NCBI GenBank assembly: GCA_028534125.1
Contig: CM052816.1
Span: 24,864,001 to 24,928,000 of the forward strand
Origin: Lama glama
Taxonomy: Eukaryota
Length of the DNA: 64,000 nt
Reading direction: 5' to 3'
Translations under genes and position numbers: made by a program
Notes under the pieces: model-generated
Told to the model about the DNA's origin: nothing
Database searches by the model: none
Seen by the model: the letters and a program-made list of their open reading frames with translations, nothing else
Shown here: positions 38,452 to 50,152 of the stretch, in pieces
Position numbering within the stretch: the first letter of the stretch is position 1
Layout: every line of letters starts with the position of its first letter

Positions 38452-41400
38452 TGTAGTGTGTTTTTGTTTCTGTATATCACTATAATACCAGGCAGTTGTC
38501 CATCCTGGAATCACAGTGGGTTTGGTGTGCTAGAGAACTTGAATATTTTCTTACATTTTTGATCATATAAATGCAAACAAAGATGGACAAGGCTATATAA
38601 AGTAACATCTGTGCTTAGAATTGCACTTGTTTAATAATAATGTGTTATATCACTTAAAAATATGTTAAAGTGCCATTTTTATTTCACCCATAAATATCTT
38701 AATGAAAAGAAAATCCAGGAGTAATTATATGAATTCTGCACATAAGACTTGCTATTTGTTTTATACTGTTAGCTATTTAATACTACAACTATTTGTACAA
38801 TGGTCAAAACATTAGAAATAATTAGCCTAAATGTGTTTAAACCTCAGCAGAAAACACTTGTGCACTAAAAGATCTAAATATTTAATGAGATTTTTTAAAG
38901 CCACAATTATACCTTTTTATAGAAAAGGAACTTTACCTCTGAGACCTCAAAAAGACTGTTTATTATATAAAGAAAGAGACTTTTATACTTTTAATGTATA
39001 ATTTAATAAGAATTGTACCATTGCAATCTTAAAATCTACAGCTTGAGAAGGAAAACATAAAAGTCATGTCGGAATAATATTTTAGAAGGGTAGCACCTAT
39101 GTATTTTTTAGGATAATGTCCAAAGTATATAGAAGGCAGAAATCTTATTCAGACTGTTTTAGTTTATTGAATTTTCTGTGCCTTGAAAATCATAGCACAA
39201 ATCTCTGGAGACACCTATAAGGATGTATTACATCATAAAGTACACCAAGAATAGTAACCCATGTTATTAAACTGTCAACATACATTACACTATAATTTGT
39301 CCTCAATCCAATGCAACTAAAAAGCTACATTGTTGGCAGGAAGTTTAAAACATAAGACTATTCTCTAATCATCTAAAGCCTAAGGTACTTTGGTGGAAAA
39401 AATGCTGTAATAATCGCTCTACTACTCCATAGCAGCATGTGTGAATTTCATTGGTTTTGTACAGCAAATGTTCAGCTATTACAAGAAAGGATTCAGAAGG
39501 ATTACCACTTAAAGGCTTTGACTAGTGATGCTGTAGATGTCTCATTTCACAGCATATTAATAGTGGTTTTGTATAATAGTAGTAGGGAGAAATAAATCTT
39601 AGAAACTAGAATTTAAATCATGTTTAATTTTCACACAAATGTTTAATGTAAGATCTGACAATGTAATATTGCTGATACCATCAAACCTCACAATTATAGA
39701 GAGTCAGAGTATCCTGTTATACTCTGAAATTTAGGTAATCCACAGACACGGGGAAAGACTAGGTGCTCGTCAGTACTTTCCACAAAACACTTTTTGTGAA
39801 ATAGGCGAGGTGTGAAATGAATGAAAGAAGGAATTTGCCGATGGAGATAAAATTTCCCGTTCAAAGATGGCTAGGGCTTCACTTTCAGGTAATATTCTAT
39901 CTTATGTCATGACACTTATTCAGACGCTTACTTGCTTAGAGGCTTTCAAAGTTAAGGGGAAAAAAGACATAAACCAAGTGGCAAGAAATAATTTCTATTA
40001 AGATTTTATCTTGAGAGTAAGCATAAAGGACTGGAAAGCAGTAGAGTAGGGGGCTTATTTTCTTTAACCTAAAGCAGAGATTGTAGGTATACCCCTGTGT
40101 ACATGTGATGTTCTACATATATGGAAATATCAACGTTTTTTTTTTAGTAGAAGCTAAGTCTATAGTGTTATGCTGCCTAATAACATCAGGAAAATTTGTG
40201 GCATGTGAAATTCAATTATTTTTTTAAATAAGTAAGTCCCTTTTTTCCATTGCATAATTAAATTGAGTTAACTGGAAAACTGGGGAAACCCGTATGGGTG
40301 AATGCAAAGCTTCCCATGTGTCTTCCCCACATCCATTCCAGTCTTTGCCTCCTCCAACCTGAGTGATCTTGGTAAAATATGAATCCAATGAAATTAGTCT
40401 CCTCCCGTTGCTTTTAGTGTAAAGATGGCAGGGAATTGTCAACTGTAACGTGTACTAGCATTTCTTTTCTAAAATTTGTGATAACTTGGGGTCCTGGAAA
40501 GGTCTCATGAAGACTAAGATTGATATGATGCTGGAATCTAAAGATTTTTGATATTTGCAGCATCATGGGAGTCCTGTTATACACGAATGCTCCTTTCCTC
40601 AGAGGAATAACTTTTGATTGCTATTTCACCATTATTTCCCAAACTTCAGGATCTATCACCATGACACTATTAGGGAAAGAGTCAGCCTACCACTGTGATC
40701 TCTGTTCCTAACTAAGAGATGGTCACCTTCAGAGATCTCTCATGTCTTATGAAAAAAATCTCATGCCCCATCAATTTTAAAGTATCATAGTTTAACTCTG
40801 CATCTTTGGCAATGACAGTAACAATTGGGTCTCATACATATGCAGTCATATATCTAAATTACTCAGATTCTACAAAACAGTTAAGGTCATAATGAAATGT
40901 TTTATGACAAAAAGGACAGATAGTGACCAATAGTCCAGTGCATATCTAAGGAATAACAGATGACAGATATAGTCCAGACAGTGCATTGTCTAATCTTTGA
41001 GAACAAGCAAGGAGAAATAGTGACGACAGCAGCTTAATCTCAGACCTTTGCTGCCACTTCAGCAGAGAATCCAGAAAAATTTGCTTATTTCTGTTAAAGC
41101 CATCCTTCACTCTACATAGTTGAGCTTTTAATTCTTATGGGTTAAAATGAAAACGTCAGCAAAATAAATGTAGATGATTCCTTAGGGGTGTTGTAGAGTA
41201 ACTTTCAGGTATATTGTCATATTTATAGCATAATTTATCCAATATCTATTATTAAATCTATCAGAATTCCTTTTGAGCTCTAAAGTCTGTGTCTAACATT
41301 TGTCCTTTTGTATGTGTTATATGTAATTTACCATTTCTTCCTGGAGTTTTCTATTGACTATAGAACTGTGATGTTCCCACACTCTGTATATTTTATTGTG

Positions 41401-41539
41401 CATGGAGTGTCCCACACTACAATTTTCTAGTGATTCCACTTTTAGACTATCTCAGGACCTAGCATAAGGAGTCTCCTGAAGTCAAGTGTTTAAGTATTTA
41501 TGAGTTGGATTTTCCTGATAAGCTGAGATTTCCTAAAAA

Positions 41540-41775
41540 TACAGTTTTCTGTGGAAGAGAGAGCTAGTTGTCTGCCAGAGATTGCTGTGCTTCTTCCATG
41601 ATGTAGAATTGTTGAGTCCCTGAATTACCTCTGGCCAAATGACACCCTTAAACAAGAAAAGTGGAATTTACAGGAGCAAAAAATAAACTTGGGTTAAGCC
41701 ACGGAAATTTGTGTTAAACTACTGAGATTTTAGGGCTTATCTGTTGTAGTAGCTGGTGTAACTTTACCAACGTAA
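41540..41775 (+). mobile_element. MLT1-type MaLR LTR 3' fragment
   Basis: 'aaataaactt..gttaagccac..tgttaaactactgagattttagggcttatctgttgtagtagc' is a typical MLT1 end. Confidence 0.55.
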
Positions 41776-42848
41776 TTTCTTACAATAAAAGTTATTGAGG
41801 TGGAATATACAAATTTATAAAATCAGAATGACTTCCTTAGCTGAAAGGTCGTAACTAGACAGTCTCTGACTACTCCTGGCTAATGATCTCCTTAACACAG
41901 AAAAACACTGACCTACCCTTATTTTTCTGTTAAATCTATTTCCAACTTCCTAAAATGTTTTCAGGGTCAAAATTCTTTTTATTGAAAATACAATTTTTAT
42001 ACTTTTTCCTATGAGGAATTTTACTGAAAATATAGAAAGTTCGTAATAAGCAAATGTGTATCTTCCTGATTCATCCAGTGCCTCACAACATCCCATAATT
42101 TCTCTGTGATTCTGTAATTAAAGATATAAGACAGAGGAATTAGATGAAAAGAATTCACAAGACAATCACATTCTAAAATATTCAAAATGATTAATACTGC
42201 ATTATCCACAAACAGCCTCAGTCTGTAGCTCTTTGCCCAATTTTTTTTTTTCCCATCTGATGGCTGTGAATGTCAAACAATCAAATTAACATAGGATTGT
42301 GCACTCATGGTCTAAAAGAAATTAGGTTGCTTCCTAAATTTTAGCTGCTGCCACAGTTTGTCAATTTAAATGAATGTGTATGTACATGTATGTGTGTATA
42401 TGTGTGTGTGTGTCTGTATATTAACACTTGTTTCTTCAGAGATTTTTCAGTATATATTAGAGAAGAATATTTACAGACTAAGTTTTTAAAGCCTGTATTA
42501 CTGACTCTTATATTTAACCCACTGTGTTTCATTATTAGACTTACTATTAGATGCTATATCTTCATTCCTGCATTTACAACCATGTTAATAAATTTTGGAC
42601 ACTGCTTGGTTTCACAGAACTTTTAATAAATGCTTATCCCATTTTTTCAGTAAACATCTCTCTTATTCCTATACCAGCACATGCATTTGTTTACCTTTTT
42701 ATGTCTATACACAGATTGGAGGATACTCAAATTTCACGCTCTGTGACCTGAGAATAAGAACCAGGAGTAGATTTACACATTTTATTTACCACAATCATGT
42801 CTGAAGTAGCATCTCCAGATGTGAATTTGAAGAGCAGAGAAGTGAGTT

Positions 42849-43170
42849 GCTGTGTAACTGGCGTGACCAACAGTTGCCTTCCCCTTAGTGAGGTTGATTT
42901 GATTGAGTTGAGTAAGTCGTAGCCATCACTAGTAAGTTTGATTTCATTTTTATCTTCTCTGTATCAAATAAAAGGGTTTACTGGGAGTACCTCTTGGTGA
43001 TTATGGTAAACCATATTAGTAATTCATTTTTAATTATGTTGTCTTCGTTAAGGTTTGATTTTTTTTTAAGGAAATAGATACATTTCAGCATGAGTTCATT
43101 TTCATACTTGCCCCTAGGCCATTTACTAAGAATTAGTGAAACATGTCAATTCATTATTTTGTCTACATGA
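42849..43170 (+). repeat. Copy 1 of a diverged ~320-bp direct repeat (unassigned)
   Basis: Colinear matches to 44143-44455 at an offset of ~1290, e.g. gatttcatttttatcttctctgtatcaaataaaagggtt vs gatttcattttattttctctgtttcaaatacaagggtt. Confidence 0.8.
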
Positions 43171-44142
43171 TGAACTTATGTACATGATGCCAACAGCCTT
43201 TCTTGACAAATGCTTCCAGTAGCTTGATCGACTGCCTGAAGTGTATTTTGGGATAGGGAAGACATAGCCACAGAGTAACTACAACTGGGACTTTGTTGTT
43301 TACTTAGCTTGTAATACTTTAAAATAACCTTTTAAAAGTTATGAAATACAACTCACATATAAAAGTTTATACAATATAAATACATACTAGAGTGAATAAT
43401 TATAAAATACAAATCCTTGTAACCACTACCCAATCCAAGAAACAGAATATTGCTTATGACCTTTATATTGCAATACATTTATGTATTTTTTCATAGACTC
43501 CTGTTTGGTTTCAGCTATCCTGTCTTATGGTCTATCATTGATATGTGCATTTTTGAAAGAAATTGGAAAGGTTTTATTAATTATAGAGTAATATTATGTC
43601 TCCCTTTCTAAAGTAAAACAGAGAAGTTTTTGTTTCACTTTTGTTTTCAAAGGTATAAGTCAAGGATAAGTTTGTTGATTTTCTTATCCTTTTTAATTTC
43701 TGTTGTAAGTATCTCATCTAAGTATTTCTGAAGTTAGAGAATATATAAGTCAGAAAAATAACATGAAATTCTACTCCACTCTAGTTCAGGGCTCGGATCA
43801 CTATAGGAGATTGATGCTGTCTATTCCCTTTCTTAAATATATTTCCAGCACTCTTAGAAGACTTGCCAACCTAATTGTTTTTGCTACTTATTATGAACAT
43901 GTTGCGTCTTTTCTCAAGGAACCATAATTATTACCTGTTAGCATGAGGATTTGATTTAAGCTGCTCATTTTTTATACTCGAAATAAACGAATCAGTCATG
44001 TCATTATGTACTGCTAAATTAATCTCTTGCTGCCCTTAGAAGGGAATAAAACTGTTCTCATCTGTTAATTACTCACATCACACTTACTATGGCATTTCCT
44101 AACCATTGTCTTTCTGTGGTGCTATTTGGACTTTGCAAAAGT

Positions 44143-44455
44143 GCTGTGCAACTATTTCTCAGTGGGCTCCTTCTTAGCAGAGGGTAAAGTTAATTTGAGT
44201 TGAGTTAAGCATGTCACATCAGTCATTAGAAAGCAGATTTCATTTTATTTTCTCTGTTTCAAATACAAGGGTTATACTGCTTGTACAATTTGTGGTAAAC
44301 TGGGATTGGTATGTTCCTTTACGGTTGTATTTTCCTTGTCAAGTCTTGATTTTAAGAAGATGGATAAAGTTTTAGATAAGTTCATCTTCATACCTGCATC
44401 CAGGCCATTTAGTAAAATTAGTGAAATATATAAATACATTTTTTTATTTCACCTT
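44143..44455 (+). repeat. Copy 2 of a diverged ~320-bp direct repeat (unassigned)
   Basis: agttcatcttcatacctgcatccaggccatttagtaaaattagtgaaa (44379) vs agttcattttcatacttgcccctaggccatttactaagaattagtgaaa (43093). Confidence 0.8.
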
Positions 44456-45099
44456 CACCATTTATGTGCTTTTATAGAAAATATGCACAAACTATTTAAG
44501 AAGTATACAGGAAAAGTAAACAAAAGCTCTAGTACATTTAAGTACAAAGTGGATGTATTTGATTTTGGATATACAGTTTGAGATTCATAGCACATAGGAA
44601 AAAAATATTAGTTTGGAGCTCTGGATAAAGGTTGGGACTAGAAATCCATTTTTGGGATTTGCCTATTGACTAATAATCAAAGCCATGATTTTGACTGATG
44701 TTTCTATCATATTAATAGGTATAGGTCTTACCTTAGTCTTCAACCCCCAACAAATTATTCTAGGCACTAAAAATAAGAGATGAAATTTTAACAAAATAAT
44801 AGGTTTAATGTGATACATATAGTGTTATAGGTCCTTGCTTTGGCCATGGCTAAAGGATTCAAATTGAATTATTTGGGGCTTAACTGCAGTCAGCAGTCTC
44901 ATGCAGTTTATTCTTGTTTCAGCTTATGGCAGTTATATAAGGGTGTCTTTGCTTGGTTTACAATGTTCCACTCCAGTTTGTATTATTTCAATTATTTAGA
45001 AATACATCTGTTGAATTCAGAATTCCAGAGAGCAGGAAAAACACATTATGATCATTAAAATATATTTTTTCTTCTATGCATCATCCGTATTATTATTGT

Positions 45100-45290
45100 G
45101 ATTTGAATATCATCTGAGTTTTCTTATTTTATCTCCACAAATGCCCTGGGAGTGAAGTATAATATATATTATTAATCACTTTTGGTTTATGCAGAAACAG
45201 ATGCTCAGAAACATAAAATGACATGGTCAAGATGATCCAGTTTAAGTTGAATTCAGGGATTCTGCGCTCAGGATTTATATTTTTGCCAGC
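45100..45290 (-). mobile_element. MIR fragment
   Basis: 'ttttatctccacaaatgccctgggagt..tttatgcagaaacagatgctcagaaacataaaatgacatggtcaagat'. Confidence 0.5.
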
Positions 45291-46908
45291 AAGAGTTTAT
45301 TTTTTACATCATCTTGAGAGATGTTCTCAGTTGTATTAGTTGACTGTTGAAGGTTTCATTAGTTATACGACTTTTTTAAAGATATATTTCAAGAATTATC
45401 AATCTGTTTCACATCTGAGGAAGTAATGGTAGAAAAATGTTTGACCAGCTCAAGGTCAGTGTATTCAGAGGGAGTAGTTGTTGGCACACTCAAATTTTGG
45501 TTTTTAGGCTACAGAGAATGATGGAGATTGTGTTTTTAAATCTAGAAATATGCTATGCATTGTAGTTCACTATAAAATGGGTGTTAGACCAAGTCGAAAG
45601 GGAAATTTATGTGTGGAAGCATCCTTATTTTTAGAAATGCATATTAATCTTTCACTAAACCATAACTAAAATTATAATAGTTCAGTTAGCTGTGTTTTTA
45701 TGTTTTAAATGTTGCAAAAAGAAAAATATCAAGTAGGTTAGGTTATCAAAGCATAACCTTTCAAAAAGATATAATGTAATCCAAAAAGTCCCAAAGGTAC
45801 TTTAAATTGGGGTTCTTTGTAAAGTGTGCCATTTGGTTATACAGAAATTAAACAAAGAAATCAATTGTCATTATTAGAGCAGAGCTTACTCTAAATTAAT
45901 GGTGTATGCTGTTAATGAACCATTGCTGCAAAACTAACAGAGCCAGAGAAGTAAATGCTATTCCCAGCACTGTACATATTCCCCTAACAATCAAGTAGTC
46001 TAGTACCCAACCATGAAAGTTGTATTGATTTGGGCAGTTTTTGAAACAGTAAATGAAAGAGTCAGTGTCTTCCAGAGGGGAAAAATGATGTGATTAAGTA
46101 AAGTCATTTTATTTTCAATTTTCACAAAATATATCTCAGACTGCAGAGAGCATGAAAAGTACATCTTAACATAATTGTATGGCTCAGGAAAGCAGCCAAG
46201 GAAAAACTTTATGTTCAGGTAGCAAAATAAACATCATAATTATGAGTTGTGTAGGATACATTCATCAAAACTTCACTGTGATTTTAAAACTTTCAATTAT
46301 CTTTATCTAATTTTGGTAAATGGCACACATTTGACACTGAAATTGTTTTCAATATTTAATCATAAATGAAGATCATTCATTTTTGAAAAGAATACTCCCT
46401 TTTGAACCAATGGCACACATTTCAAAGGATAACATTCAGGAGAATGTTCCAGTATAAGTAGAAGCTGTGGCTTCCCTCATTTAATCGCTAACGTTTTGAG
46501 CTGCATCTTTTCCCTATGTGTTAGTAGTTAAAGCAGGATCCTTGTGTCTTTTCTCATGTGTGTTTGTACCTGGTTGTGGTGTTGATAGTGGTGGTGGAGA
46601 CAGTCCTGGGTTGTTGACTGTAGAGGAGCTTGAGGCTGCATAAAGTAGGTTACCAAGTATAGCTTTTATGACTTCTTTTGAAGTCGATCCAAGATAGCAT
46701 CCTCCTTCTCACCTCAAAATCCCCAACATATCAGACTGTCCAGTGAGATCCACTACAAGCTGTTTTCACACTGTTTTATTAACACAGAGGGAGCAACCAT
46801 AGCCATTTTCCAGAAAGGATTGAATTTTGAGAAATATCTATTAATATTGACTCTAAAACTACATTCTTCAAAAAAGAAAAAACTTGGAATTTCTGAGGGA
46901 AATTAACT

Positions 46909-47610
46909 CAGTGGTTGTTGATCTTATCAGACACAATACTTTATTTTAAAAAATTGGGGAATGCACTTTACTATCCTGCAATGAAAAGCACAAATATTAT
47001 AACCTACCTGCACACTCAGTTAAAATATTGATAGAACATCCTTTTTTTTAGATCATCTTAATTGTAGTAGAAAGGAGAAATGGTGGAAAGTGATTCATAG
47101 TCAAATATTTTAATATATATGTAAATGCTTATGTATCTTTACACCAGAAGCTCCGGTGAAGCAGTGGGATTCTCACACCAATGTGCAGAATTGCTATGAC
47201 AGTGACAGCTGTGCACGTGGACTGCTATGACACCACCAGTACCACAACACAGTATTCTGAATTGGTGGACTATTCTTGGTAAACTTGCAGACAAAACAAA
47301 ATACAGCCTTCCTTTAATTTACATGGGAGCTGTATTTGTGGAAAAATCAATGCATTTTAAAACTCTGCAGAAATACTGTGCATTTATATAAAACACAGTT
47401 GGTATCTCCAGGTGCAGAAAATTTTAAACAAGATTTTTACCCATGTGACTGTCCAGCAGGACATTCAAACTTGTATGGAGACTTGGAACAGGATTTGATT
47501 ATGCAGTTGTCTCCATGTGTCAGATGTCAAGCATCCACAGACCCTGGTTTCCAAAAAATTCTAGTACCATCCACCATCATGGAGCAAACCAAAAGTGCCC
47601 TTACATGTTT
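46909..47610 (+). mobile_element. MER20B-like hAT-Charlie element
   Basis: 'cagtgg..tcttatcagac..ctttactatcctgcaatgaaa..tataacctacct..tcttggtaaa..acaaaacaaaataca..caggacattcaaa..aaccaaaagtgccc' follows the recalled MER20B consensus. Confidence 0.75.
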
Positions 47611-47959
47611 GTATAATTTGAGAGAACTGTTTTTTCTTTTAATTTTAGGTACTGATATGCCTTATTTTATTAGTTATTAAGACATTGTTGATGCTGGATC
47701 ATTCATGATATTTTGATCCAAACTTTACATGTAAGGGAAATTAAGGCCAGAGGGAGTAATTATGCATTTTCCAAATATTAAAACAGAACATTTAGCAAAA
47801 TGATATAAAAGCACCAACAACATATCTACCAAAACAGTTATTTGGCAGAGTAAGTAGAGAATTATAAAGAAACAGATCAGGCAACACAACACCCTGGCAA
47901 TAATTTTTATTTTTCAACCATGTGTTTTGGCATCATGTGTTGGCCTAGTAATAAGCCCA

Positions 47960-48125
47960 AAGCAGCACTGGGCTGGCTCCAGTCCCAGCTCTGTCACAGA
48001 TTAGTTATGGTACTTGGATAAGTCACTTACCCTCTGTCTGTGCACTTTTCTCATCTGCAATATAAAATGATGCTCACTCCATCTACCTCACTACCAGGAC
48101 ACTGTACTACCACGTGTGAAAATAT
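47960..48125 (+). mobile_element. MIR SINE
   Basis: 'cccagctctgtcac..ttagttatgg.acttggataagtcacttaccctctgtctg..ttttctcatctgcaa..atctacctca'. Confidence 0.75.
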
Positions 48126-48385
48126 AATATTTAGGAATGCCTCTTGTTAGGTCTCCATTTATTATGTGCTCTATTTACCTTTATTACCATTTTGGTTTGA
48201 AAAAGGTATTGCAGGCTTCATACAGTTGAAAGAAATGAAACAGTTAAGGATGTTTGAATGTGTGCTATGAAATGATCTACCTAGAGGTTAGTGAGTAGTT
48301 AACCTGAGGAGTCTGTATCTATATACAGTATGTGGATGTGTGTAAATATCTGTAAATATATTGGATACACAATGTTTCTTAGCTC

Positions 48386-48804
48386 CTTGGTTCTCAGAGT
48401 ACAGTTTGGGCACTCCTCCGGGTCCTTATCACTCTTTCAGGATGTCTCCAAGGTCAAATATTCCTCATAATAGTGCTAAGACCTGGTTTGCCTTTCTGTT
48501 CCTTCTCTGGGAGTGTGTGGTAGCATTTTCCAGAGGCCCCATGATGTTGTAGGGATTTAGATATAGAAGCAGATGGGAAGATCTGTCTGTCTCTCTTCAG
48601 CATCATGAGTTGCAAAATGTAAAACAATGTCACTCTCCTCACTAAATTTATATCTATATCTGAAAAATATCTTTCTTTTAATTTCTAATGCAGTAAACAT
48701 CAGTAAATACAATACACATAAACAAAAGTTTTTTGGGGGTCCTTAATTCTCTTAATTTTTAAGAAGTGAAGTATTCCTGAGACTAAAAAGTTTGAGAACC
48801 ACTA
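48386..48804 (+). mobile_element. hAT-Charlie non-autonomous element (Charlie1-family-like)
   Basis: TIR-like ends 'tggttctcagagt' and 'agtttgagaaccact'. Internal 'ttttccagaggc', 'tgcaaaatgtaaaacaatgtcactct', 'cctgagactaaaaagtttgagaacc'. Subfamily uncertain. Confidence 0.7.
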
Positions 48805-50029
48805 TTTTAGATTATATTCAAATTCTCTCCTCATTAAAGAACTGGCAGAATTGTTTTTCTATAGGGAGTGTCTATTTCCTGACTGTGTTTGAAGCTTCAT
48901 CATCATAGACCTCGTTCTGCGATCTCTTTAGGTTCTTTGTGAGTCATTTTGATCTGTGTGGGAACAGTTGCTTCTTCATAACAGAATTGTTATAGCAAAT
49001 GCAAAAATATTTCAGCCCTTCTTTCTGTAAATGCTGTCTTCTCTGATGGCAGTCTGCATTCTTCTGGTCTACATAATCTGCAAAATGCCCAAACTTGCCT
49101 CCTCTCTATCTGCCCTGATGTAACATACAGCTCATGCTGCCTCCTTAAGAGTTGCAAAGAAGCTGCAGATGGATTTTAGAATCATTGACTTGTTGGCATA
49201 AAGGAAATCACTTTCAGGGATGTACAAACTGCAGTAATGGCACTGCTCTGCAGAAATAATTGGGTTTATAGGCTTCTTACATGTAAGTGCCTACCACATT
49301 CCTGGCTGCTGCAAACCAGTGACTCAGCATTTCACTCTGTGACTGTGTTGCATAGTCTGTGAAGTCTAGTATGAAATGTAGAAAGCACCTTATGGATGCA
49401 AGGATAGATTATAAATCAAGTTTCTTTTCTTTTCCCTTTTTATTCACCTATTTTCCTTTAAACAGGGCTTATCTTGAAAGCTAGAGTGTTTTGGTACATT
49501 TTAGTCAAGTCCCTGGGTAGCTGCTATATACTTGGAATAATATTAATATCTACCTACTGCACAGCTGATAGTGTTCTTTGCAGTGGACCTAATCCTACTT
49601 AAGCAAACAGAACTGTATTGTCCAGATTGTGTAATAATTATTTCCATCATTTTTTTTTGGCACCACCTCCCAAGTCCTCACATTAGGAGGTGCTGACATT
49701 TTTTTTATAACTTATTTGGCCCAATGAAGGAGGATGTTGTCAGTCCCCAACTTTGAATAATTTACATATACAAAGAGATAACAGAGACTTCATATGGGAG
49801 GCACTGCCCCAGGCTGCTGAGGAGGGGGCTCCCCGTGCCTTTCACCCCAGTTGAAGATGCTTAAATAAGAAATAACTTAAATATTTCCTATATGCTGTTT
49901 CAGAGAGATCCAGGGCCCTGTAGAGCCCCAATCAGATGTTCTGAAATCTCTTAAGTCAAGGGAACCCTGCTCACTACAGTCCTAATTTTGAGATTCACAG
50001 AGGATGTCCCACATTAAAAATCCTCAAAA

Positions 50030-50152
50030 TCCCAGAGGACAGAACTCTGCTTAACTATATTTAGCCAACTCTTCTTCAACTTCATTAACCACAGAAACCT
50101 TTTACAAAAGAACACATGTGAACAAATCCTAGGACACCATTTGGGAAATATA
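50030..50152. mobile_element. Possible old hAT-Charlie end fragment
   Basis: 'ttaaccacagaaaccttt...acaccatttgggaaata' resembles Charlie termini. Confidence 0.3.

Noticed and set aside
49340..49372. ttgcatagtc match to the miR-153 5' end
   Set aside because: Only ~10 nt match. The remainder and a precursor hairpin are absent.
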